Shown one piece after another: positions 54,276-62,632 of a stretch of DNA of 64,000 bases. Numbering within the stretch: the stretch's first letter is position 1; each line of letters starts with the position of its first letter. The notes under the pieces were generated by a model. It made no database searches and had not been told where the DNA came from. It saw nothing but the letters and a program-made list of their open reading frames with translations. The stretch lies in assembly GCA_965225085.1 (NCBI GenBank), contig CBDDBE010000006.1:35697-99696 (forward strand). Direction: 5' to 3'. Source of the stretch: an uncultured Candidatus Saccharibacteria bacterium. GTDB lineage: Bacteria > Patescibacteriota > Saccharimonadia > Saccharimonadales > EFPC-124. Position numbers and translations under genes: made by a program.

Positions 54276-55043
54276 ATGGGTCAACAGCGTAGCGAGGGTT
54301 ATACCATCATTGAAGTCAGCCTATTTTTAGGGGTTAGCGCCTTGCTATTGGTGATGGCGATGGTGGGGACGGGTCTGAGTATTCGCACTACGCGCTTTAC
54401 GGACAGCACGCGGTCGTTGCATTCGTATGTGCAGCAGCAGTACGATGACCTGCTGAACGGTGTGAACTCGCGGGTTGGCACAGAGGCCTGCAATTCGGGC
54501 ACCGTGAACACCGGCTCTGCGCAGACGCCCGGTACCAGCAACTGTATTTATATGGGCAAGCTGCTGGTCTTCCAGGTGAATGCGAATATTATCACGACGT
54601 ATGATCTTATCGGGACAGAGCCAGCCAGCGTCAACTACACCAAGTCTGACGAACAGCTTATTCATGATTTTACCCCTAAGCCCGTGACTAATGTTGGCGT
54701 TGATAACTTTAACATTCCGTGGCAGGCCACTGTCTCTGGCAGCAAGCGGCTGGTAGATAACAAGGCCGTCAACGGCTTTGCGCTTATCCGGAGTCCTCGG
54801 TCCACCCACATTGTCAGCTACGCATTCAAGCAGCCGTCAGCCGTGGGCACATACAGCTTGGCGGGCTTGATCGATCCGACCGTACCTGCCGATGCCAATA
54901 ATATCAGCAAGCAGGCGAACTTTTGTTTGAGCAGCGCAGATGGCCTCAGCAGCCCGTCAAAGGTTGTTGTTGCGGGTGGCCAAGGTCAAGACCAGATTAC
55001 CGTTGGGTTCGATGCTATAGCAGGGGATTGTAATGGCACATAG
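54276..55043 (+). CDS. minor pilin / pseudopilin
   Basis: 255 aa. MGQQRSEG|YTIIEVSLFLGVSALLLV prepilin-type N-terminus. Confidence 0.75.
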   Translation: MGQQRSEGYTIIEVSLFLGVSALLLVMAMVGTGLSIRTTRFTDSTRSLHSYVQQQYDDLLNGVNSRVGTEACNSGTVNTGSAQTPGTSNCIYMGKLLVFQVNANIITTYDLIGTEPASVNYTKSDEQLIHDFTPKPVTNVGVDNFNIPWQATVSGSKRLVDNKAVNGFALIRSPRSTHIVSYAFKQPSAVGTYSLAGLIDPTVPADANNISKQANFCLSSADGLSSPSKVVVAGGQGQDQITVGFDAIAGDCNGT

Positions 55044-55596
55044 CAACCGGAGTCGTGGCGATACGCTTGTGGAAGTCCTGATGGCTATTGTAGTGCTCAG
55101 TGTTATTATCGTTGGCGCGATTACCGTTATGTCGCGTGGGCTCAAAGCTGCACAGCTGGCGGTCGAACACACCCAAGTGCGTTTTCAGGTTAATGCGCAG
55201 ACCGACATGCTACGATACCTGCGCGATGGATATATAGCCGATTCCAAGAGTACCCCTGGCCTGACATGGAGCTCGCTTTTTACGGCCGCGCCAATTTATG
55301 CTAATACCACGGCGTCTAACTACAACAACGCCACAACGTGTAACGTTACCGCCGGAAAGTCTGGATTTTATTTGACCCAAGCCGGTGGCGTCGTCAGCGT
55401 CAATCTGTTCAACCCCGCGTCGCAGCCCACCTCATATGCATTGCCTGGCCAAGGTATGTGGATGGAAATTACTAGGTCAACGGGTATATCACCGGCGTAT
55501 GTCGATGTTTTGGTGAGGGCCTGCTGGTCGGGCATTGGCGATTCGACCGATCAGCAATCGGTAACAGCATTGAGGTTGTATGACCCAGCGCACTAG
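55033..55596 (+). CDS. minor pilin / pseudopilin
   Basis: 187 aa. SRG|DTLVEVLMAIVVLSVIIV prepilin-type N-terminus. Overlaps the previous gene. Confidence 0.72.
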   Translation: MAHSNRSRGDTLVEVLMAIVVLSVIIVGAITVMSRGLKAAQLAVEHTQVRFQVNAQTDMLRYLRDGYIADSKSTPGLTWSSLFTAAPIYANTTASNYNNATTCNVTAGKSGFYLTQAGGVVSVNLFNPASQPTSYALPGQGMWMEITRSTGISPAYVDVLVRACWSGIGDSTDQQSVTALRLYDPAH

Positions 55597-56212
55597 ACCA
55601 CACCGCTCACAGGCTGGCTTCACAATCGTAGAGCTGACGCTCGCGACGGCGTTTATTGCGTTCCTGCTGATGTTTATGCTGGCCACCATGACCCAGGTAA
55701 TGCGCAATTACAACAAAGGCTTGGCCGTCAAAGAGATCAACCAGACGGCGCGCAGCGTCATGCAGGAAATGGGCTCGCTGGCGCAGGGAACTAGTTCGAC
55801 GGCCATCAACACGGCATATATTGGTAACGGACGTGTTTGTTTTGGCGGGGTTAGCTACGTGTGGAACACCAAGGGCGCAACAACCAACAAGTACAGTACT
55901 GGCGCGTCATTCGTAATGGTGCGGGTCAATGACGCCGCTGGTGCGCTGTGCTCGTCCGGATTGCCATCTGTCACCCAAGCAAATGCGACCGAGCTTCTCA
56001 GCGGGTCTGTGTGGGTCCAGCAGGTTAGCGTGGCGGTCAGCAGTAACCAAAAGCTCATCGATATCTCCATAGCCTTGTCAACAGCCTCACCGAATCAGCC
56101 AACTGGCTTTGACCCGGTGCTGGGCACGATCTGTGATGGCAGCAAGGACAGTCAGTACTGTGCAATAGCGACATTTAAAACCACGGTGGAAACGAAGTAT
56201 GTGGGAGGGTAG
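55580..56212 (+). CDS. minor pilin / pseudopilin
   Basis: 210 aa. SQAG|FTIVELTLATAFIAFLLMF prepilin-type N-terminus. Confidence 0.75.
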   Translation: MTQRTRPHRSQAGFTIVELTLATAFIAFLLMFMLATMTQVMRNYNKGLAVKEINQTARSVMQEMGSLAQGTSSTAINTAYIGNGRVCFGGVSYVWNTKGATTNKYSTGASFVMVRVNDAAGALCSSGLPSVTQANATELLSGSVWVQQVSVAVSSNQKLIDISIALSTASPNQPTGFDPVLGTICDGSKDSQYCAIATFKTTVETKYVGG

Positions 56213-56216
56213 GCGT

Positions 56217-57389
56217 ATGAGAATTTCTAGAAATGAGCGCGAACAAGGGTTTGTATCACTTTTTACGGTTGTATTCTTCATGCTGCTTATCACTATTATT
56301 ACGGTGGGTTTTTTGCGAATTATGGCGGCCGAGGAGCGCCAGTCGCTGGACAATGACCTGAACGCCAGCGCTGCAGCAGCTGCTCAATCTGGCGTCGAGG
56401 ACGCCGAACGAGCCATCCTGAAATACAACGCGTTGCCCGGGAGCGACCCTCTGAAGGCGCAGCTACAAACAGCTCTTACATCGTCGAATTGTAATGCGCT
56501 TTTCTCGAGTGGCACAATCAGCGCTGCCCTTAACCTCAACAACAATGGCAGCATCAACAACCAGGCTGGCCTCAACCAGTACTACACGTGCTTAAGTGTC
56601 AACCTCAACACTCCGGACTACATTGGCCAATCAAGCGCAGGGAAAAGCCAGTTCGTGCCGCTGGTCCCGCAGGGCGGCGCTCAGTTCGACACAATGCTAG
56701 TGTCGTGGCATTTGGTGAGTAGCACCATTGGGACAGAGGGCGACGGCCAACCGAGCAGCTATGCCCCGGGCGTGTTGCTGCCTCAGGTAACCGGTGGCAT
56801 TGGTAGTTGGAGCTCGCAAGGCTATCCAGCCTACCTGCGAGTGGAGCTGTACGGGTATCCCAATGGCAACTTTAATCGCGGCAAGATCGACCAGCTGACG
56901 CATAGCGTCTTCTTGGTGCCAAACTCGTCCAGCAATGCTGCTGCGGTCAGCTCAGCGACCTCCATTAATTTTGGAACGGTTGATCCAAGGGGAGCGAACC
57001 AAAACAAAATTAATCTCACTGGCATCCGCTGCACAGGTAACCCGCCAAATGTGCCCATTGGCACATACGCCTGTACTGCGCGGCTGACACTGCCAGCTGG
57101 CTCCCCGAGTACCAGCAACACTTACTTCCTTCGTATCACGCCCGAATATGGCGCGGCACATTTCCAGGTGCAACTGCTCCGCGGCGCTGCTGTGGTGAAC
57201 TTTGGCGGAGTAGAGCCGATTATCGATTCGACCGGCCGGGCCAGCGATGTCTTCCGACGTATCCAGACGCGCATTCGGCTAGATAACACAGCCGTATTAC
57301 CGGAATATGCCGCCGAATCGGCTAATGACATTTGCAAGACTATGCAGGTTGCTGACGGCAGTTATTACCAGGGGAATGTTTGTCCGTAG
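56217..57389 (+). CDS. PilX-like large minor pilin
   Basis: ATG 56217 after GGGAGGG. The N-terminus MRISRNEREQGFVSLFTVVFFMLLITIITVGFLRIM resembles the PilX N-terminal domain. 390 aa. Confidence 0.62.
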   Translation: MRISRNEREQGFVSLFTVVFFMLLITIITVGFLRIMAAEERQSLDNDLNASAAAAAQSGVEDAERAILKYNALPGSDPLKAQLQTALTSSNCNALFSSGTISAALNLNNNGSINNQAGLNQYYTCLSVNLNTPDYIGQSSAGKSQFVPLVPQGGAQFDTMLVSWHLVSSTIGTEGDGQPSSYAPGVLLPQVTGGIGSWSSQGYPAYLRVELYGYPNGNFNRGKIDQLTHSVFLVPNSSSNAAAVSSATSINFGTVDPRGANQNKINLTGIRCTGNPPNVPIGTYACTARLTLPAGSPSTSNTYFLRITPEYGAAHFQVQLLRGAAVVNFGGVEPIIDSTGRASDVFRRIQTRIRLDNTAVLPEYAAESANDICKTMQVADGSYYQGNVCP

Positions 57390-57463
57390 AATATTGACGA
57401 CTCAGTATTTACCTGGTATTGTATAGTTGTTCGTCAGCCTCGATACAGAAGGGTAAGAGTCTC

Positions 57464-57910
57464 GTGAAGCGTATCACTCTTGACGATCTTCAGGACGCCT
57501 TGAAGGTGGTGGCAGCCCTACAGGAAGCTGTTGACGAGGTGCTCGATGCCTCGAAGCTGCAACAGCTTGCTGCAGACATGTACAACAATCAGGACTATCA
57601 GCATGTTCATCCTGCTGACGGGCCGGCAGTGGCTCGCGCAGTCCTGATGGTGGGAGGTTGTGCCGAATTGCAGCATGCAACCAGGCTGTCCGTAGAGATC
57701 CAGGTGCCTGGTGGCGCCTACAACACAGGTCCTGCGGAGAAGTATGTGCCGTGGGACGTTATTTCACACCTGAGTGTCCGGCTGGATAACCCCTCGCATT
57801 TCCAACGCAAATTCGAGCACGACGACCTCAATCACAAGGCAGTTGTGCATCTCGACCTGCCGACTCAGGCGTTTGTTGATTGCCCCAGGGCGGTCATCGA
57901 AATCGTCTAA
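57464..57910 (+). CDS. hypothetical protein at the end of the pilus locus (orphan G)
   Basis: GTG 57464 follows AAGGGTAAGAG (VKRITLDDLQDAL...). The track ORF begins at 57419. No terminator separates it from the PilX-like gene, and a strong terminator follows it. Confidence 0.45.
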   Translation: MKRITLDDLQDALKVVAALQEAVDEVLDASKLQQLAADMYNNQDYQHVHPADGPAVARAVLMVGGCAELQHATRLSVEIQVPGGAYNTGPAEKYVPWDVISHLSVRLDNPSHFQRKFEHDDLNHKAVVHLDLPTQAFVDCPRAVIEIV

Positions 57911-57922
57911 AGCTGCGACGAT

Positions 57923-57966
57923 TGTCGAGCGGCCCCTACGAAGAAGTGGGCCGCTCGACAGATTTT
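57923..57966. terminator. 13-bp-stem bidirectional terminator
   Basis: TGTCGAGCGGCCC / GGGCCGCTCGACA followed by GATTTT. Lies between orphan G (+) and the recombinase (-). Confidence 0.78.
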
Positions 57967-57974
57967 GACATTAT

Positions 57975-58904
57975 TTAGGCAGGTTCTTCGGCGTTTAGGC
58001 CTTTGTGAAAACGCTCGTGGATTTCCTTCAGATGAGGGTCGGTGACATGTGTGTATATTTGCGTGGTACTGATGTTGCTATGGCCCAGCATTGTCTGCAC
58101 GCTTCGCAGATCAGCTCCGTTCATCAGCAGCCCGGTCGCAAAGGAGTGGCGCAGGGTGTGTGGCGAAACCTTCTTGGTGATGCCAGCCAGCGCGGCATAA
58201 TGCGACACAAACCGCTGGACACTGCGCGGAGTAAGACGGCCGTAGTCGCCGCTGTTGTCGATCTGCTCGGCGCCACCATAGCGGATAAAGAGCGGCTTGA
58301 GGCTGTCACTGCGCACCGCGAGGTAGCTTTGGATCAACCCAGCTGCATCTTCGCTAATAAACACTGGCCGATCCTTCTGGCCCTTACCACGCACCATAAA
58401 TTCTCGGCGTTTTAGGTTCACCGTGTCGCGGTTCAGCGCCACCAATTCCGACACGCGTAGCCCGCTGGAGTATAGCAGCCCGATGATCGCCCGGTCGCGC
58501 AGTCCAATATTGCTACCAGGGTCAATCGCCGAGAACAGCCGTCGCAGTTCGTCCTCATTCAGGAAGCTCACTTGTTTGCGCACGACGTGTGGTAACTCGA
58601 CCTTTTCGGGAGTCAGCGCCTCGATGCCTTGTTTCGAGCAAAATTTCAGAAAACTCCGTAGCGCAATCAGATGGTAAGCCTGGGTGAGCTTGCCTAGATT
58701 TTCGCCGTGCTCGTTCTGGTGTCGGGCCAACCACAGGCGCCATTTTCGAATCAGCTCGTTGTCGACTTTCTCGATTTTGATGTCGCCGGCAAAATCAACC
58801 AACCGATTGAGATACAAATGATAATTCTCTGAAGTCTTTTGTGAGCGGTTCTGCTCAACCTCGAGATATTCCAGGAAGTCGATGATGAGCTCCGAAATAT
58901 ACAT
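57975..58904 (-). CDS. tyrosine recombinase XerC/XerD family
   Basis: 309 aa. N-terminal SAM-like domain. Catalytic region RDRAIIGLLYSSGLRVSEL, HTLRHSFATGLL, and LGHSNISTTQIYTHV. Confidence 0.88.
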   Translation of the reverse strand: MYISELIIDFLEYLEVEQNRSQKTSENYHLYLNRLVDFAGDIKIEKVDNELIRKWRLWLARHQNEHGENLGKLTQAYHLIALRSFLKFCSKQGIEALTPEKVELPHVVRKQVSFLNEDELRRLFSAIDPGSNIGLRDRAIIGLLYSSGLRVSELVALNRDTVNLKRREFMVRGKGQKDRPVFISEDAAGLIQSYLAVRSDSLKPLFIRYGGAEQIDNSGDYGRLTPRSVQRFVSHYAALAGITKKVSPHTLRHSFATGLLMNGADLRSVQTMLGHSNISTTQIYTHVTDPHLKEIHERFHKGLNAEEPA

Positions 58905-58960
58905 AGTGCTTATAGTATATCACTTGGTATCAGGAGGGGCGTCAGGTTACAATAAAGCGA

Positions 58961-59755
58961 ATGAGTATTGTTGAAGCGATTTTTCTGGGAATTATCCAGG
59001 GTCTGACAGAGTTTATCCCTGTATCGAGCTCCGGTCACGAGGTGCTAACCGAGCATTTCTTTGGCGCGGGGAATGACCATATTTTCTTGGAATTTATTAA
59101 TATCGGCACGGTGCTGGCGCTGATTATATATTTTTGGCCCAAGATAATGGACCTGCTCGAGGAAGTTATATTCCGCCACAACATTCGGTTGGCCCGGAAC
59201 ATCGTGATATCGGCGGTGCCGGCGGGCGTCCTGGGGCTGCTGTTCGCTAGTACCATCGAAAATAGCTCCTTTTTCTCCAACCCTTGGACCGTAGCAATCA
59301 TGATGCTACTAGTTGGTATCGTCATGATTGGCCTCGAGAAGCTTCCACGACTGAGCAACGTGGAGAACGGCGAGCATCTGAGCCCAAAGCGCGCGTGGGG
59401 GATTGGTTTTGCCCAGGCCATAGCGCTTATCCCGGGTACATCGCGGTCTGGGTCGACCATCGTAGCTGGCCGTCTGGCTGGTTTGAGCCCTGCGGCTGCG
59501 GCCGAGTATAGCTTTATGCTATCTATACCCATAATGCTCGGCGTGATTGCCAAGGTTTTCCTGAAGGGGTCTGATCGCGAGTACTTAGCACACCATCTGA
59601 CGACTGTTGTCGTGAGCAATGTCTTTTCGTTTGGGTTCGGGCTACTGGCCGTTGGGTTTCTGATGCGCTACTTGACTCGGCATAGCCTAGCCGTCTTCGG
59701 TTGGTACCGCGTAGTGCTTTCTGTGGTCGTGATGGCTGTACTTCTGTTACAATAG
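58961..59755 (+). CDS. uppP: undecaprenyl-diphosphate phosphatase
   Basis: GLTEFIPVSSSGH and PGTSRSGSTI motifs in a polytopic protein. TACAAT ends 7 nt before the ATG. Confidence 0.93.
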   Translation: MSIVEAIFLGIIQGLTEFIPVSSSGHEVLTEHFFGAGNDHIFLEFINIGTVLALIIYFWPKIMDLLEEVIFRHNIRLARNIVISAVPAGVLGLLFASTIENSSFFSNPWTVAIMMLLVGIVMIGLEKLPRLSNVENGEHLSPKRAWGIGFAQAIALIPGTSRSGSTIVAGRLAGLSPAAAAEYSFMLSIPIMLGVIAKVFLKGSDREYLAHHLTTVVVSNVFSFGFGLLAVGFLMRYLTRHSLAVFGWYRVVLSVVVMAVLLLQ

Positions 59756-59779
59756 AGGCGGCTAAGTTAAAGGAGCAGC

Positions 59780-60310
59780 ATGAGCGAGATAGAACGCACA
59801 CTTGTTATATTTAAACCCGACGCAATTCAGCGTGGTATTGTTGGCGATGTTTTGAGCCGATTCGAGAAGGTCGGTCTGAAGATTATTGCCATGAAGATGC
59901 TCAGTCCTGATTACGATCATTATTACCATCACTACGAGACTATCGGCAAGATGGTGTCCCGCCGTGGCGAAGAGCAGTTCAAGATGCAGCTTGGCGCTAT
60001 GCAAGAAGGCCCAGTCATCGCCATGGTCCTGCAGGGGGTTGGAGCTGCTGCCTTGGTGCGAAAAATGGTTGGCGCAACAAGCACCAACGAAGCGGCACCC
60101 GGTACGATCAGGGGTGATTACGCTCATGCGAGCATTGACTATGTCAACGAGAAGGGCGTCGCCTTGCCGACTATCCTGCACGCATCAGGTGATTCAGAGG
60201 AAGCCCAGCAAGAGATCGCACATTGGTTTGCCGAGAGCGAAATGTATGACAGCTACAGTACTGTGCACGAATACTTCACTCAACCTCGACCAGGTCAGAA
60301 GAAGAAATAG
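59780..60310 (+). CDS. ndk: nucleoside-diphosphate kinase (long form)
   Basis: ERTLVIFKPDAIQRGIVGDVLSRFEKVGLKIIAMKM, TIRGDY, and HASGD (active-site His). At 176 aa it is longer than typical Ndk. Confidence 0.88.
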   Translation: MSEIERTLVIFKPDAIQRGIVGDVLSRFEKVGLKIIAMKMLSPDYDHYYHHYETIGKMVSRRGEEQFKMQLGAMQEGPVIAMVLQGVGAAALVRKMVGATSTNEAAPGTIRGDYAHASIDYVNEKGVALPTILHASGDSEEAQQEIAHWFAESEMYDSYSTVHEYFTQPRPGQKKK

Positions 60311-60343
60311 CCATATATCGGCCAGCGCAAGTTGGCCGCTCAC

Positions 60344-60419
60344 GCCCCGGTAGCTCAACGGATAGAGCAAGCCCGTCCTAAGGGAGAGGTTGTAGGTTCG
60401 ATTCCTACCCGGGGTACCA
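60344..60419 (+). tRNA. tRNA-Arg (anticodon CCU), CCA encoded
   Basis: Hand fold: acceptor GCCCCGG/CCGGGGT, D arm GCTC-AACGGATA-GAGC, anticodon loop GTCCTAA (U33, CCT, A37), T arm GTAGG-TTCGATT-CCTAC, discriminator A, then CCA. The two outer pairs of the anticodon stem are A-G and G-A mismatches, and pair 1-72 is G-U. Confidence 0.8.
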
Positions 60420-60444
60420 GACGATTATTCCTATACAAGTTTTG

Positions 60445-60473
60445 AAAGGCCCGCAAACTGCGCGGGCCTTTTT
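60445..60473. terminator. bidirectional hairpin terminator
   Basis: AAAGGCCCGC / GCGGGCCTTT with A-rich and T-rich flanks, between the tRNA (+) and orphan H (-). Confidence 0.7.
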
Positions 60474-60474
60474 G

Positions 60475-60912
60475 CTACTCGTTTGGCCGAGTATCTGGGT
60501 TGAGGTGTGCTGCTAGCTCGTTGAGGCTTTTTACCCCAATGGCTGGAAAAGCAAGCACTTGGTCTGCTGATGTCCAAACTGCTTGTCGCTCGTTGTTGTC
60601 GAACCCAGCCCAGACGATGTACGTAGATTGCGGTTGGCCGGTAACGTTCAGCACGCCGCAAAATGCTCTGTACACCCGGTATTGCAGCATTGACTTTGAT
60701 GTCGCTACGCCAAGAACGTTTGCGCCAAGACAAATCAGTTCTGCTGCCGGAATGCCTCGGCGTGCAGCTTGCGCTCGGGCGTTCTGGATTGCGGCACTGG
60801 GTTCACCCTCGAGCCACTGTGGGCCAATTTGGATGTAGAAGTTGCACTGCCAGCGGTGCTCTTGCCCGCTGAGCTTGCCGATGACGACGATGCTGGTATC
60901 TAAAGTGCTCAC
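60475..60912 (-). CDS. hypothetical protein (orphan H)
   Basis: Start placed at GTG 60912, 7 nt after AAGGAG (VSTLDTSIVVIGKLSG...). The track ORF extends to 60975. No family recognised. Confidence 0.42.
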   Translation of the reverse strand: MSTLDTSIVVIGKLSGQEHRWQCNFYIQIGPQWLEGEPSAAIQNARAQAARRGIPAAELICLGANVLGVATSKSMLQYRVYRAFCGVLNVTGQPQSTYIVWAGFDNNERQAVWTSADQVLAFPAIGVKSLNELAAHLNPDTRPNE

Positions 60913-60997
60913 AATATTCTCCTTCGGTCTGCCTGTGAGTAAGTACATAATGTCATCTAGTCGGTTATTAATCAATATCTGCTACAATAATGACATT

Positions 60998-61516
60998 ATG
61001 AGCGAACAATTCGAAGGTCAGCACGAGGGTGAGGATGTTTTGTTCGTATTTCGCCGCCACCCGGTCGCGCTGCGGAAGGGCTTTTATCTTTTATTGATTC
61101 CGTTCGTTGTGGCGTCTTTGCCATTCCTGATTTGGTCGGATAATTTTGATCTTTTTTGGCTGTCGATGGGCGGTTTTGGGCTTGGGCTAGTGTTGTTTTT
61201 TTATCACTGGATTGGGTGGTATTTTAGCATCTTCCTGGTGACCAATATGCGCCTGCGACAAGTGACGCAAAAGGGATTTTTTAACAAAAGTGTCATCGAC
61301 GTGGGTATATCGAAGATCCAAAACATCAGCTATAATGTACCTGGTTTTACTGCAGCCACGCTCGGATTCGGCAATCTAGTGGTGCAGACCTACGTAGGTG
61401 ATTTGGTCCTCGACAGGATCAAGCATCCAGGTAATGTATACAACGAGTTACAAAAAGTTATTCACGCCAGCACTGGCGACGAGCCGATTGGGGACCATGA
61501 AGAAGTTAGTGAATAA
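60998..61516 (+). CDS. bacterial PH-domain (YdbS/YdbT-like) membrane protein
   Basis: Start at ATG 60998 (MSEQFEGQHEGEDVLFVFRRHPVAL...). Two TM helices, then the VTNMRLRQVTQKGFFNKSVIDVGISKIQNISY pattern. TACAAT ends 9 nt upstream. Confidence 0.68.
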   Translation: MSEQFEGQHEGEDVLFVFRRHPVALRKGFYLLLIPFVVASLPFLIWSDNFDLFWLSMGGFGLGLVLFFYHWIGWYFSIFLVTNMRLRQVTQKGFFNKSVIDVGISKIQNISYNVPGFTAATLGFGNLVVQTYVGDLVLDRIKHPGNVYNELQKVIHASTGDEPIGDHEEVSE

Positions 61517-62564
61517 GTTACGCAAGAGGAAGCAGCCGCCCATCATTACAGAGCAGCCATCTTCGTCGCGCATCACCAACGAAACGGTTGCCGAGCATCG
61601 CGAGCGAATTTTGGCCGGGGGGCGTAAATTTAAGTACCCGCTTCAGATACCCAAACATCGCATTGTGCTTGTAACGGTTATTATTATGGTGCTGACCATT
61701 CTGACCTTTTTTGGCATCTTTACCTGGAGTTTGTACGCAGGGCAAAACACGAGTCAGTTCACGCTGCGCCTTACGCAGGTTTTGCCATATCCGGTTGCCT
61801 CAGTCGACAGCCAGCAGGTGAGGTATAGCGACTATCTGTTGCAACTTCGGAGTTCACTGCATTACTTGTCTACCAAGGAGAACGTCAATTTTTCGTCGGA
61901 TGATGGCAAGCGGCAACTGGAGTATCAAAAACGACTTGCGCTTAACAAGGCTGTCGAGAATGCCTACGTTCTGAAGCTCGCCAAACAACAAAATGTCGGA
62001 GTGACAGACAAAGAAGTAGATGATTTCGTGAAGCGCGAGGTCAATGGCAATCAGCTGGGCGTGAGCGAACAGGTTTTCCGGCAGGTTATACATGACTACT
62101 ATGATTGGTCATTCGATGAGTTCAAGGCTTCGGTCAAGAGCCAGCTGCTGCGCAAAAAAGTTGCGGCAAAGGTTGACGTGTCTGGTCGTCAGAGAATCAT
62201 GGGTATTTTGGCTGCAATTACGACGGGCAAAGATTTTGCCCAAGAAGCCAAGGAAGCCTCCGACGACCCGACAGCGAAGGCAACCGGGGGAGACATGGGC
62301 GTCGTGTCAAAGACTGCGGATGACCCTAACGGGCTCATCGCAGCGGCGATCAAGCTGAAGCCCGGGCAAACATCCGACGTTGTAGAGGGCGTAGATGGGT
62401 TTTATTTGGTCAAATTGGTTGATATACAGGACAGCACTCTGCGTTACGCAAAGATTTTTGTTGGATATAAAACGTTTGACCAGCAGCTAGCAAGTCTCAA
62501 GACAGCAGGCAAAATCCAGGAATATATCAAGGTTTCGCAGACCGCTGCACCAAGTAGCCAATAG
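61497..62564 (+). CDS. membrane-anchored parvulin-type peptidyl-prolyl isomerase (PrsA/SurA-like)
   Basis: Start at ATG 61497 (MKKLVNKLRKRK), a TM helix, a SurA-N-like helical region, and a parvulin core FAQEAKEASDD...GGDMGVVSK...GFYLVKL. Confidence 0.78.
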   Translation: MKKLVNKLRKRKQPPIITEQPSSSRITNETVAEHRERILAGGRKFKYPLQIPKHRIVLVTVIIMVLTILTFFGIFTWSLYAGQNTSQFTLRLTQVLPYPVASVDSQQVRYSDYLLQLRSSLHYLSTKENVNFSSDDGKRQLEYQKRLALNKAVENAYVLKLAKQQNVGVTDKEVDDFVKREVNGNQLGVSEQVFRQVIHDYYDWSFDEFKASVKSQLLRKKVAAKVDVSGRQRIMGILAAITTGKDFAQEAKEASDDPTAKATGGDMGVVSKTADDPNGLIAAAIKLKPGQTSDVVEGVDGFYLVKLVDIQDSTLRYAKIFVGYKTFDQQLASLKTAGKIQEYIKVSQTAAPSSQ

Positions 62565-62567
62565 AAA

Positions 62568-62600
62568 CGCCCCATCACTGATGAGTTAATCGCCGGGGCG
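62568..62600. terminator. hairpin between convergent genes
   Basis: CGCCCC ... GGGGCG. Read on the minus strand it is followed by TTTCT. The same 5' arm can alternatively pair with ATGGGGCG at 62617..62624. Confidence 0.45.
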
Positions 62601-62632
62601 AAAACGTTTCCATCGAATGGGGCGGCGGGCGG

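Noticed and set aside
57975-58904. Tyrosine recombinase as marker of an integrated mobile element next to tRNA-Arg
   Set aside because: Its sequence has the full XerC/XerD-type layout and motifs. It is separated from the tRNA by housekeeping uppP and ndk. No attachment-site-like repeats were found by eye. It was called the chromosomal dimer-resolution recombinase, but this cannot be proven without the rest of the genome.
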